Below, one piece after another: positions 27,612 through 36,192 of a stretch of 64,000 bases of DNA. The stretch comes from Planctomycetota bacterium. GTDB lineage: Bacteria > Planctomycetota > MHYJ01 > JACPRB01. The notes under the pieces are model-generated. The model was given only the letters and a program-made list of their open reading frames with translations. It had not been told where the DNA came from and did no database searches. Within the stretch, counting starts at the first letter, position 1. Each line of letters starts with the position of its first letter. A program made the position numbers and the translations under genes. The stretch spans positions 965-64,964 of the forward strand of contig JACQVR010000065.1 of NCBI GenBank assembly GCA_016209705.1, read 5' to 3'.

Positions 27612-28274
27612 ATGGCGGTTGTCGAAGCGAAAGACGTCTGGAAGATCTTCGAGCCCGGCCATGTGGAGGCCGTTCGCGGAGCGACGTTCAACATCGCGCC
27701 CGGTGAGATCGTCGCCATCATGGGTCCTTCGGGCTCCGGCAAGACGACGCTCTTGATGATGCTCGGGGCGATGCTCTCTCCGACCCGCGGGGAGATTCGC
27801 ATCGCGTCCCAATCGCTGGGCGACCTGCAAGAAGCCGGCAGGGTCGCGCTGCGCCGGCGGCGGATCGGGTTCGTCTTCCAATCGTTCAACCTGTTCCCCT
27901 CGCTGACGGCGCTGGAGAACGTCGCGGTTCCGCTGCGGCTGCTGGGGGCGCGGGATCATCGCCGGCGCGCCGCCGAGGAATTGGAGCGCGTGGGACTGGC
28001 CGGACGCCTGGATTTTCTTCCGGCCAAGCTGAGCGGAGGTCAGCAACAGCGCGTCGCCATCGCCCGCGCGCTGGCGCACGGGCCGGCGGTCATCCTGGCG
28101 GACGAGCCGACCGGAGCGCTCGATTCGACCAACGGCCTGGCCGTGATTCGATTGCTTTCGGAGCGGGCCTCGGAGAAGGGCGCCGCGGTGATCGTGGTCA
28201 CGCATGACGAGCGCTTGAGTGCCGTGGCCCATCGTGTTCTTCGCCTCGAGGACGGCTGCATCGCGGCACTTTGA
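27612..28274 (+). CDS. ABC transporter ATP-binding protein (MacB/LolD-type)
   Basis: Walker A GPSGSGKTT; signature LSGGQQQRVAIARAL; Walker B ILADEPTGALD. Confidence 0.9.
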   Translation: MAVVEAKDVWKIFEPGHVEAVRGATFNIAPGEIVAIMGPSGSGKTTLLMMLGAMLSPTRGEIRIASQSLGDLQEAGRVALRRRRIGFVFQSFNLFPSLTALENVAVPLRLLGARDHRRRAAEELERVGLAGRLDFLPAKLSGGQQQRVAIARALAHGPAVILADEPTGALDSTNGLAVIRLLSERASEKGAAVIVVTHDERLSAVAHRVLRLEDGCIAAL

Positions 28275-28284
28275 GAGAAACGCC

Positions 28285-29100
28285 ATGAGGATCTTCATCG
28301 CATCGGTGCTGTTGGCGGCGGTCGGGGCTGCGACGTGGTATTTGGTCCGTCCCGCCCCGGAGCCGCCCCCCCTCGGCAAGCCGGAGCGGCGCGTCTGGGC
28401 GACGGGCAAGGTCGAAGCATGGAAGCAGGCCCGCGTGGGATCGACGATTTTGGAGCGGATCAAAGTCTTTCTCAAAAGCGAAGGGGACGTGGTCCAGGCG
28501 GGAGAGGCGGTCGTGCTCCTGGAACGGTCGATCGTGGAAGCGCAATGGTCGCGAGCGCGCGCCGTGCGGGAACAGGCGGAACGCGACCTGGCCCGCGCGC
28601 GGCGATTGGTCTCGGAGAACGCGGCTTCCAACGTGGAGGTGGAGAAGGCGGAAACGGCCCTCGCTGTCGCCAAGGCGGATGAAGCGGCGCTGGAGGCGCG
28701 CCTTGAGGATGCGGTCATCAAGGCGCCCTTCGCGGGGGTAATCCTCAAGGTGTATCGGGAACCGGGCGAACTGGCCCACCCCGAGGCGCCGCTCTTCGTA
28801 GTGGGGGATCTATCCAAGCTGAAGGTCCGAGCCGAGGTGGACGAGCTCGAACTGGCGGAGATCCGGACGGGGGTCGCGGTGAGGATTCATCCGGACTCGT
28901 TTCCGGACCTTACGCTGTCGGGACGCATCGAGAAGCTGGCCGGCGCGCTGGGGCGGAAATCGCTCTTCTCGGACGATCCCCAGGAACGGATCGACGCGAA
29001 AGTCCTGGAAGCGGAGATTCACCTGGACGACGCCGGACCCTTGCGGCCGGGAATGAACGTGAGGGTGGAGGTCCTTTCGGCGGGAGAGAGAGCGCGCTGA
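28285..29100 (+). CDS. HlyD/MacA-family periplasmic adaptor (membrane fusion protein)
   Basis: N-terminal TM MRIFIASVLLAAVGAATWYLV; coiled-coil-rich middle; lipoyl/beta-barrel-like C-term. Confidence 0.7.
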   Translation: MRIFIASVLLAAVGAATWYLVRPAPEPPPLGKPERRVWATGKVEAWKQARVGSTILERIKVFLKSEGDVVQAGEAVVLLERSIVEAQWSRARAVREQAERDLARARRLVSENAASNVEVEKAETALAVAKADEAALEARLEDAVIKAPFAGVILKVYREPGELAHPEAPLFVVGDLSKLKVRAEVDELELAEIRTGVAVRIHPDSFPDLTLSGRIEKLAGALGRKSLFSDDPQERIDAKVLEAEIHLDDAGPLRPGMNVRVEVLSAGERAR

Positions 29101-29121
29101 CTCGGATAATTCTTCACCACT

Positions 29122-29180
29122 GGAATCCTGGCTCGGCAGTCCGATGACGCCGAGACAGGATTCCATAAGCGTGCGCGTCA
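29122..29180. terminator. Nested hairpin GGAATCCTG-GCTCGGC...GCCGAG-CAGGATTCC followed by ATAAGCG and short second stem, between convergent genes
   Basis: Read directly; shares motif with 23901-23965. Confidence 0.55.
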
Positions 29181-29978
29181 CGCGATCGCGTCGAGGATCC
29201 AGGATTCCCCGGCCACCACGGAGGGAAAGCCGATCGTGCTCGCGGCCAGCGCGACCACCTGATGCAACTCGTCCTCCATGACGCCCGCCGCGCGCGCTTT
29301 GCGGGCCGCCGAGCGGACCGCGCCTTCACGATACGCGCCCAGCGCGATTCCCAGCTTGACGAGCCGCACGGCCCGTTCATCCAGCGGGCCGGTCGACTCC
29401 GCCTCGCGCAGCAGGTCCCAGGACTTTTCCAGGAGGGGATGCCGCGCGACGAAATTTCGATACGCTTCCGGAGCCGCCTTCTGGACGTTGGGTTCCACCA
29501 TCGCCTGCGCGCATTCCGGACAGCAGCTTCCTACTGTTTCCATGTTCGCGTGCACCTCGCGCTTCTCCTCTTCGCTCAACAGCCGTTCCGCCATGGGAAA
29601 GAGAACGGTGTCCTCCTTCTGGATGTGGTCGCGCAGGTGGGAAAGAACGTCTCGGCCCGCCGCGCGGACGCGCGCCCGCCCGTCGGGGCCGCCGTCCCCG
29701 GAAATCGCCTCCTTGAAGGCGCGGAACTTGTCCGCTTCGTCGCGGTGCTCTTCGAGCATGCACGCGATCGGGCCGACTTCCGTTCCGATGTGCCGCCCCA
29801 GCGCGGGGAAGAGGATCTCCTCCTCCTTCTTGCGGTGAACGGCCAGCTTTTCGTCGAAGAATTCCAGCGCCCCGCGGAGGGCCGCGGCATCGTGCCGCTC
29901 CAGCGCCCGCTCGAACTCGTCCAATTTGCCCAACACCGTTTGATGCTCGCGGCGCAGCACTCGAGTAACGTCCGTCAT
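29178..29978 (-). CDS. Hemerythrin-like HHE cation-binding domain fused to carboxymuconolactone decarboxylase/AhpD-like (CMD) domain
   Basis: Repeated H..E/HxxxE spacing (REHQ, HRKKEEEILFP, EHRDE, HIQKEDTVLFP); C-terminal VKLGIALGAYREGAVRSAARKARAAGVMEDELHQVVALAA. Confidence 0.6.
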   Translation of the reverse strand: MTDVTRVLRREHQTVLGKLDEFERALERHDAAALRGALEFFDEKLAVHRKKEEEILFPALGRHIGTEVGPIACMLEEHRDEADKFRAFKEAISGDGGPDGRARVRAAGRDVLSHLRDHIQKEDTVLFPMAERLLSEEEKREVHANMETVGSCCPECAQAMVEPNVQKAAPEAYRNFVARHPLLEKSWDLLREAESTGPLDERAVRLVKLGIALGAYREGAVRSAARKARAAGVMEDELHQVVALAASTIGFPSVVAGESWILDAIA

Positions 29979-30045
29979 CGTCGGCTCCTCATGCTTGGAA
30001 TCAGATGATCACCCCTTTGCGGGACCCGTAAGAATAATTGCTCAA

Positions 30046-30088
30046 CTTTTGCGGGAACCGCCAAAACGCTGAAACGCCATCGAATGCC
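30046..30088. promoter_or_regulatory. Second copy of GGAACCGCCAAAACGC(T/C)GAA(A/T)CGCCA motif (cf. 16809-16838), in the promoter region of the hemerythrin-CMD gene
   Basis: gcgggaaccgccaaaacgctgaaacgccatcgaatg vs gtggaaccgccaaaacgccgaatcgccaaacgag. Confidence 0.45.
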
Positions 30089-30174
30089 CTCTTCTGGGTT
30101 CTCTTGGCGATTGGGTGCTTTGGAGGTTCATGCGCTTCACAAGAAATAAATCGCGTCCGTTGTTTCTTTACGAA

Positions 30175-30507
30175 TCAGACATCGTCTGGATCCCCTGGAC
30201 ACGCCGGAACCCGGGAACTGTCGGGCACGGGAGGGTCGCCGGCCACTTGGAAATGCTCCGGCAGTTCCGGTTCGGGGCAGGAGAGCCGCGGATGGAGCAG
30301 GCCTAAGGTCTCCAGCTTCTCGCGAATGCGCCGCTCGATCTCCTCCGCGCCGAACAATCCTCTCAAGCCGTAGGGGGCCTGAAACGACGGATCGGTGAAG
30401 ATCCGCCCCATCGCTTGGAAGGACCACCCCATGTGGCCATACTCCTCGATCAAGAGGTCCAGCATCTCGTCCGCGTCGACCGGCGATGCCTGAGCGATCG
30501 GATCCAT
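30175..30507 (-). CDS. Hypothetical protein
   Basis: ORF only; start guessed at MDPIAQASPV. Confidence 0.3.
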   Translation of the reverse strand: MDPIAQASPVDADEMLDLLIEEYGHMGWSFQAMGRIFTDPSFQAPYGLRGLFGAEEIERRIREKLETLGLLHPRLSCPEPELPEHFQVAGDPPVPDSSRVPACPGDPDDV

Positions 30508-30658
30508 CGCGTCCTCGGCCGTTCTCGAACTATGTATGGGGTGTTTCGTGACGTCACCGGCCCTTGTCGGGTGCGTCATCATGAAAGATGAACATCGGGA
30601 TTCCAGCAACGCACGTGCCATCCGCGAGGACCCTTGCGGAGGGCGCCTGAATCGGCTT

Positions 30659-30699
30659 GGAGGCGGAATTTTTCCGAGGCGGAGGCGGAATTTTCCCGA
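30659..30699. repeat. Tandem direct repeat GGAGGCGGAATTTTTCCGA / GGAGGCGGAATTTTCCCGA
   Basis: Read directly; located between dynamin-like gene stop and next gene start on minus strand. Confidence 0.6.
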
Positions 30700-30720
30700 A
30701 ATATCGCGATGTGTCGGAAC

Positions 30721-32073
30721 CTAAGGCGAATGCTTCAGCTCGCGGTGCAACTGGGCGCGGAGCGCCGGAATCTCCGTCTCGACGGCCCCGGCCAGCCGGT
30801 CGCGCTCCTCGGCTCGAAGCTTGGGAAAAGCCCGGACGCCCACCTTTTCGAGCGCGTGCCGCAGATGGGGGTGGACCTTGCCCCACAGAGCGCGCAGGTC
30901 CTCCACCCGGTCCCGCACCAGCAGTTCGCGGGCGTAGAGGCGCTCGAAGATATCGCTCAGACCGGCGACGATCTGCCTTTCCGAACCGCGGATCAGGCCG
31001 CGGATGACGAACGAGCCCGCATAGGCGACCAGCGCCGCGCCGCCGAAGATGACGGCCGGGATCCACCACTCCTGATGCGTGGTGATCGTGATCGCGCCCG
31101 CCAGCCCGGCGAAGAGAATGAGGAAGACGAGAAGCGTCCAGAGCTTCGCTCCGAAACGGCGCAGGTTGCGCCGCGCTTCATCGATGACCCGCGCGTGCAC
31201 GTAAAGCCGCTGCGCGTGCTCTTCGAGCTGCGTGATGAGATTGTCGATCCGTCGGGCGGGCGCGCGTCGGACCTCCCGGATCAGCTCCTCCCGCGTCCCT
31301 TCGAAATCCCGCGCGGGAAGCGCCGGCGGCGCCGCTCCGTCCACCGGAAGATAGGTCGTGAAGATGTGCGGAAGGTCCTTCCGGGGGATGATCTTCCCCA
31401 GGTTCCAGCAGAGCGATCCGTAGGCCCGCGCGAAATCCTGGAGGCTTTCGAAGCGGTCCATCTTGTTCATCACGATGAGCAGCTTGTGATCGATCCCGCG
31501 CAGCGACTGCGTGAAAACCTGGAGCGTCTCGCCCGTCGTGCCCGGCTTTTCGGCGTCGAAAAACACGAACACCACGTCGGCGCGTTCGGCGAACCAGCGG
31601 ACCGCGCCGGCGAAGTCGTAGCCGCGGTCAGATCCTTCTCCCCGCGCGTCGATCATGCCGGGGGAGTCGATCAACGTCACCTCCCGCAGGACCTCCGTCG
31701 AGCGAAGCTTGACGCGGAAGTGGGACAGGAATTCGGGGCCGAAGCTCTTCAAGTCGCCGAACGGGAGCGTCGGATCGGAGACGGCCGCCTGGCCTTCGCG
31801 GTCCTCTTCGGCGCCGTTCATGAGGACGGTGAACGTGTCGTCGGTGGGAGCGAGCCCCGTCTTCTGCACCGGAGCGGCCAGAAGGTGGTTGATGAACGTC
31901 GACTTGCCCGACGAATGATTGCCCAGGAACAGCACGGTCGGCGCGCCCGCGATTTCGCTTTCCCCGGGGCGCCGTTCGAAGGCGAACCTCTCCTCGAGAG
32001 GATCGATGGCTTCGCCGTAGATGCGCTGGACGGCCAGCGCGATGTCGCTCAGCGTCCGTTGCACGGCGCCCAT
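30721..32073 (-). CDS. Dynamin-family (bacterial dynamin-like) GTPase with C-terminal membrane hairpin
   Basis: G1 GNHSSGKST, G3 LIDSPGM, G4 VMNKMD; TM segment LLVFLILFAGLAGAITITT...AVIFGGAALVAYAGSFVI. Confidence 0.7.
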   Translation of the reverse strand: MGAVQRTLSDIALAVQRIYGEAIDPLEERFAFERRPGESEIAGAPTVLFLGNHSSGKSTFINHLLAAPVQKTGLAPTDDTFTVLMNGAEEDREGQAAVSDPTLPFGDLKSFGPEFLSHFRVKLRSTEVLREVTLIDSPGMIDARGEGSDRGYDFAGAVRWFAERADVVFVFFDAEKPGTTGETLQVFTQSLRGIDHKLLIVMNKMDRFESLQDFARAYGSLCWNLGKIIPRKDLPHIFTTYLPVDGAAPPALPARDFEGTREELIREVRRAPARRIDNLITQLEEHAQRLYVHARVIDEARRNLRRFGAKLWTLLVFLILFAGLAGAITITTHQEWWIPAVIFGGAALVAYAGSFVIRGLIRGSERQIVAGLSDIFERLYARELLVRDRVEDLRALWGKVHPHLRHALEKVGVRAFPKLRAEERDRLAGAVETEIPALRAQLHRELKHSP

Positions 32074-32126
32074 TGTACTCGCCCGCGGCGGATCGGGAAC
32101 CGGAATTCGGGGCGCGGGCCTCCGGA

Positions 32127-32864
32127 CTATGGATCATGGACTTCCGGCGGAAGCGGTGGCGTCGGGGAGGTTTCCTTGTCGGGAACGCTGGCGCCATCGA
32201 GAGGAGCCGCGGGCGCTTCCCGTGGCGAAGCGCGAATCCCGCGCCACACCAGGATGGCCAGAAGCGCCGCCGCCGCGCCGTAACCGATCGCCCGGAACCA
32301 CGCGGTGTGACGTACCGGCTCCAGGAGTCGCGCCAGCCCCTCGGCGCCCAGCGCCAAGCCGAAACTGCCGGCGACCGCGCCGATCGCGATGGCGGTCAGG
32401 ATCCGCGCCGACGTCAGTCCGATGAGCCGCCCGAAGATCGTCCCGCCGATGGCGCCCGTGCCGGTGAGCGGAAACATGACGAACAGGATCACCCCGAAAA
32501 ACGCGGAACGGCGATAGAACCGCCGCCGTTCCAGAGTTTCCCGCCCGTTCCGTTCCATCCATCGCAGGCGCCGTCCGAGCCACGGGAGGCGGTACAGCAC
32601 ATCCAGGTGCAGCGCGACGAGCAACGCGGTGCAGACGTCCATGAACGCGACCATTCCGGCGAAGAAGAACGGCGTGAAGAAGACGTCTTCGCGAAGGACG
32701 GGCGCCAGCACGATAAACTTTCCCGCCGCGACGAACGTCACGCCGGCATATCCCATCGCCTCCAGCGCCAGCGTCCAGGACGTGAATCCCACCAGCACCA
32801 CGATCGCCGCCGAGGCGACCGCGAACGGTGCCAGCGTCAGCGCGAGTTTCCAGCTACGCATCAT
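32127..32864 (-). CDS. Polytopic membrane protein (hypothetical), translationally coupled (ATGA) to the last antiporter subunit gene
   Basis: Hydrophobic 245-aa product begins MMRSWKLALTLAPFAVASAAIVVLV; lies within the C-terminal part of a rejected long R/G-rich ORF. Confidence 0.45.
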   Translation of the reverse strand: MMRSWKLALTLAPFAVASAAIVVLVGFTSWTLALEAMGYAGVTFVAAGKFIVLAPVLREDVFFTPFFFAGMVAFMDVCTALLVALHLDVLYRLPWLGRRLRWMERNGRETLERRRFYRRSAFFGVILFVMFPLTGTGAIGGTIFGRLIGLTSARILTAIAIGAVAGSFGLALGAEGLARLLEPVRHTAWFRAIGYGAAAALLAILVWRGIRASPREAPAAPLDGASVPDKETSPTPPLPPEVHDP

Positions 32865-34537
32865 CCGAGCCGCCCGTTCAACGCCAGGACGAAACCGGTC
32901 AAGATCAGCATCGCTCCCAGAAGAACGGCCGCCTGGAAGCCCACGGTGGCCGGCATCTCCGATTCCCGCCATCGCCGCCACCCGTGCCGAAAGGCCGCTC
33001 CGGACCGCTCGGACATGGGCGCGAACGCTTCGAGCGTCCGGCCCAGCGCCTCGAGGAGCGCGCCGGTCGGCCGCCGATAGAGCCGGTCCACGTCGCGCGT
33101 CACCGTTGGCTCTCCCCCCAGCTTCGCGCGCAGCAGCCAGAATCCCAAGGCCGTTCCCAGCAGGAGCTGGATCGCCGCCATTATATGTTCCGCCGTGAAC
33201 GGTTCGTAGAAAGCCGCGTGCGGGAGCATCGCGTAGAGCACCTCCGGACTCACTCCGGTCGTCACGCACACCGCCGCCGCCAAGACCATCGCCGCGATCA
33301 TCGAGGCGGGAGCGTCGCGCCGCCGCGCGGGCGCGGGAGCGCCGCCGAAAAAGGTGAACCACGGAAGCTTCAGCCCCGTGTGGAGAAACGTTCCCATGGA
33401 CGCGATTTCCAGCAGCAGCTCTCCGGTCCAGCGCCCCTCGGCGCCGGCCGCGCCGACGATCATCGACTTGCTGACGAATCCGCTGAACAGCGGCACGCCG
33501 GAAATGGAAAACGCGCCGACCGCGTAGCAGGCGAGCGTCACGGGCATCCAGCGTCCCAGGCCTCCCAGCTCCGTGAGCTTCGCGCGTCCGGTCGCGTGAA
33601 TCACCGCTCCCGCGGCCATCAGCAAGAGTCCTTTGTAGAAGATGTGGGAGAAGGCGTGCGCCGCCGTGCCGTTCAGCGCCAGCGCCGTGCCCAGGCCGAC
33701 GCCGCACACCATGTAGCCGACCTGGCTGATGATGTGATATCCCAGCAGCCGCCGGATGTCGTTCTCGAGCACGGCGAAGATGACTCCGTACAGCGCCATC
33801 GCGATGCCGGCTCCCACCAGGAACTCTTCGCCGGGGAAGCACCGGGCGAGCGCATAGACCGCCGCCTTCGTGGTGTAGGCGCTCAGGAAGACGGTCCCCG
33901 CCGGGGTGGAGCGCGGATAAGCGTCCGGCAACCAGGCATGCAGCGGCGGGATCGCCGCGTTGACCGCCATCCCCGCCAGGATCAGCCAGCCCGCCGCGCC
34001 GCGCAGGCCGATTGCCTCGATCGCCGTGGATCCCGACTCGTGCGCATGCAGCAGTACGCCCGCCAGCAGGCAAGCCGCTCCCGCGACATGGAAATAAAGA
34101 TAGCGCAGCCCGGCGGCCAGCGCCGTGCGCGTCCCGCCGGACCAGATAAGGAACAGCGATCCGAGAGTGAGCCCCTCCCAAAACAGGAACAGGGCCAGGA
34201 AATCGCCGGCCAGCGCCGCGCCCACGCCCGAGCCCGCCAGTCCCAGGCCGGCCGCCCGCACGGCCGTCCTCTCTTCGCGCCAGGCATAGACGGCCGCGAC
34301 GCACGCGAAGCCCGCGAACGCCAGCGCGAAAAGGCGGGCGAGCGCGTCCACGCGCAGAAACACGAGCTCGAATCCCAGAACCTCGATGCCCCATCGCGTC
34401 CCCTCCGGGACGAGAAGCACCAGGATCGTTCCTCCCAGCGGGGCGAGGAGCGACAGCGCCCGCTGCGCCGGCGCGCTCACGAAGGGAAGGAGCGCCGCGG
34501 CCAGCAGGAACGGCATCACCGGATGAAGCTCAATCAT
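32861..34537 (-). CDS. NuoL/MrpA-N-domain-like proton-pumping antiporter subunit (558 aa)
   Basis: Complex I L/M/N family membrane pattern; stop overlaps downstream start. Confidence 0.7.
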   Translation of the reverse strand: MIELHPVMPFLLAAALLPFVSAPAQRALSLLAPLGGTILVLLVPEGTRWGIEVLGFELVFLRVDALARLFALAFAGFACVAAVYAWREERTAVRAAGLGLAGSGVGAALAGDFLALFLFWEGLTLGSLFLIWSGGTRTALAAGLRYLYFHVAGAACLLAGVLLHAHESGSTAIEAIGLRGAAGWLILAGMAVNAAIPPLHAWLPDAYPRSTPAGTVFLSAYTTKAAVYALARCFPGEEFLVGAGIAMALYGVIFAVLENDIRRLLGYHIISQVGYMVCGVGLGTALALNGTAAHAFSHIFYKGLLLMAAGAVIHATGRAKLTELGGLGRWMPVTLACYAVGAFSISGVPLFSGFVSKSMIVGAAGAEGRWTGELLLEIASMGTFLHTGLKLPWFTFFGGAPAPARRRDAPASMIAAMVLAAAVCVTTGVSPEVLYAMLPHAAFYEPFTAEHIMAAIQLLLGTALGFWLLRAKLGGEPTVTRDVDRLYRRPTGALLEALGRTLEAFAPMSERSGAAFRHGWRRWRESEMPATVGFQAAVLLGAMLILTGFVLALNGRLG

Positions 34538-34727
34538 CGTCGCCCTCTTCCGGCTTCTGGAGGAACGCGCGGCCGGCGGCTTTCGTCAGGAGCACGACCG
34601 CGACGCACGATGCGAATCCCAGCACCGCATAAAGCGACGGCGCGTGATGGGAGCGCACGAACAAGAGCTCGGCGATGACGGCGAGCCCCGACGCGCCGGC
34701 GAGGATCCACGCGAATCGGTCCCTCAT
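34530..34727 (-). CDS. Small 2-TM membrane protein inside antiporter operon
   Basis: MRDRFAWILAGASGLAVIAELLFV...; ATGA overlap with upstream gene stop. Confidence 0.5.
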   Translation of the reverse strand: MRDRFAWILAGASGLAVIAELLFVRSHHAPSLYAVLGFASCVAVVLLTKAAGRAFLQKPEEGDDD

Positions 34728-36190
34728 GGCGCGCCTCCGAAAATCTGGGCCGCGGCCCGCGCGGCCAGTTCGTACTGGAGGTTGATGACGGCGGGAAGCG
34801 CGCCGAAGACGACCACCAGCGCGGACGTCGCCACCAGCGGTCCCACCATGAGCCCGGGCGCCTCGCGGACGGCGTCATTGGGAGCTGGATCGAAGTACGC
34901 GGCGCGCACGATGGGCAGCAGGTAGGCCGCGGTGAACAGGGATCCACCCAGGAGGATCGCCAAGGGGACCATCTGCGACGCTTCGATCGCGCCGCGCGCC
35001 AGAATGAGCTTGCCCACGAAGCCGCACAAGCCGGGGAAGCCCACCAGCGCCAGCGACGCGACGGTGAACGCGGCGAACGTCCACGGCATGTGCCGGCCGA
35101 GCCCGCCGAGCCGGCTCACGGTTTCCGCGTGCGTGCTCGCGTAGATGGCTCCCGCGCAGAAGAACAGCGTGATCTTCGCGAATCCGTGGTTGACCATGTG
35201 CAGCATCGCGCCCACCGTGCCGTGGGGCGCCAGGAGCGCCGCGCCGAGCACGATCAGCGAAAGGTGCACGACCGTCGAGTAGGCGAGCCGGCGCTTCAGG
35301 TTGTCCTGGCGCAGCGCCGCGATCGATCCGGCGACGACGGTGACGCCGCACGCGGCGATGAGGACCGCCGGCGCGGCCGAGGACGAGAGCGTGTCGGGGC
35401 CGAACACGTATTGGACCATGCGCAGGCATCCGAAGACGCCCGCCTTCACCACCGCGACGGCGTGGAGCAGCGCGCTCACCGGCGTCGGCGCCACCATCGC
35501 GCCCGGCAGCCAGGCATGAAGCGGCATCACCGCCGCCTTGACCCCGTAGCCGATCGCGTAGAGCGCGAAGAGCCCCGCGAGCGCGCCGCCCGCCAGGCGC
35601 GGGGGAAGAAATCCTCCGGGAACGAAATCGAGCGTCCCCGCCAGCATCCACGTCCATGCCGCCGCCGCGGTCAGCGCCAATCCTCCGGTGAGCGCATAGG
35701 CGAGATAGCGCCGCGCGCCGGCCAGGGCCGCGTCCGTCTCCTTGTGCGCCACGAGCGGGTACGTCGCGAGGGTGAGTCCTTCATAGAAGACCAGAAAGGT
35801 GAGAACGTTCCCGGCGAACGCCACGCCCAGCGCGCAGCCGATCGACGCCGCGAAGCACGCGAAGTAGCGACGCCGGTTTTCCAGGCCCATCGCGCGCACG
35901 TAGCCGGAGGAGTAGACGGACGTGACGACCCATAGACCGGCCGCCAGCAACGCGAACGTCAGGCCGAGAGGATCGACCCGGAAGAAGAGATCGACGCCGG
36001 GAAGGAGCCCCATGAGCCGGACTTCCGGAGCGACGCCGGCACGCACCGCCGGCAGCAAGGCGAGCGCCAGCGCCAGCGAGACGCCCGCCGCGGCGTACGT
36101 CCACGCTTCCGCCCCGCGGCGACGTCCCAGATAGATCGCGGCCGCCGCGGCGAACGGTGCCGCCATCGCGCCCAGCACTCTCGGGTCCAT
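34724..36190 (-). CDS. MrpD/NuoN-like antiporter subunit (second copy)
   Basis: Start ATG at 36190 two nt after upstream TAG; NuoL/M/N-family TM pattern (GLWVVTSVYSSGY, MPLHAWLPGAM). The ORF-track upstream extension to 37441 is an R/G-rich artefact. Confidence 0.7.
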   Translation of the reverse strand: MDPRVLGAMAAPFAAAAAIYLGRRRGAEAWTYAAAGVSLALALALLPAVRAGVAPEVRLMGLLPGVDLFFRVDPLGLTFALLAAGLWVVTSVYSSGYVRAMGLENRRRYFACFAASIGCALGVAFAGNVLTFLVFYEGLTLATYPLVAHKETDAALAGARRYLAYALTGGLALTAAAAWTWMLAGTLDFVPGGFLPPRLAGGALAGLFALYAIGYGVKAAVMPLHAWLPGAMVAPTPVSALLHAVAVVKAGVFGCLRMVQYVFGPDTLSSSAAPAVLIAACGVTVVAGSIAALRQDNLKRRLAYSTVVHLSLIVLGAALLAPHGTVGAMLHMVNHGFAKITLFFCAGAIYASTHAETVSRLGGLGRHMPWTFAAFTVASLALVGFPGLCGFVGKLILARGAIEASQMVPLAILLGGSLFTAAYLLPIVRAAYFDPAPNDAVREAPGLMVGPLVATSALVVVFGALPAVINLQYELAARAAAQIFGGAP

Positions 36191-36192
36191 GA

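Noticed and set aside
32127-34394. 755-aa minus-strand ORF in the six-frame track
   Set aside because: Extremely R/G/A-rich low-complexity translation overlapping the NuoL-like antiporter gene in another frame. Only its C-terminal 245 codons (32127-32864) look like a real hydrophobic protein with an ATGA-coupled start.
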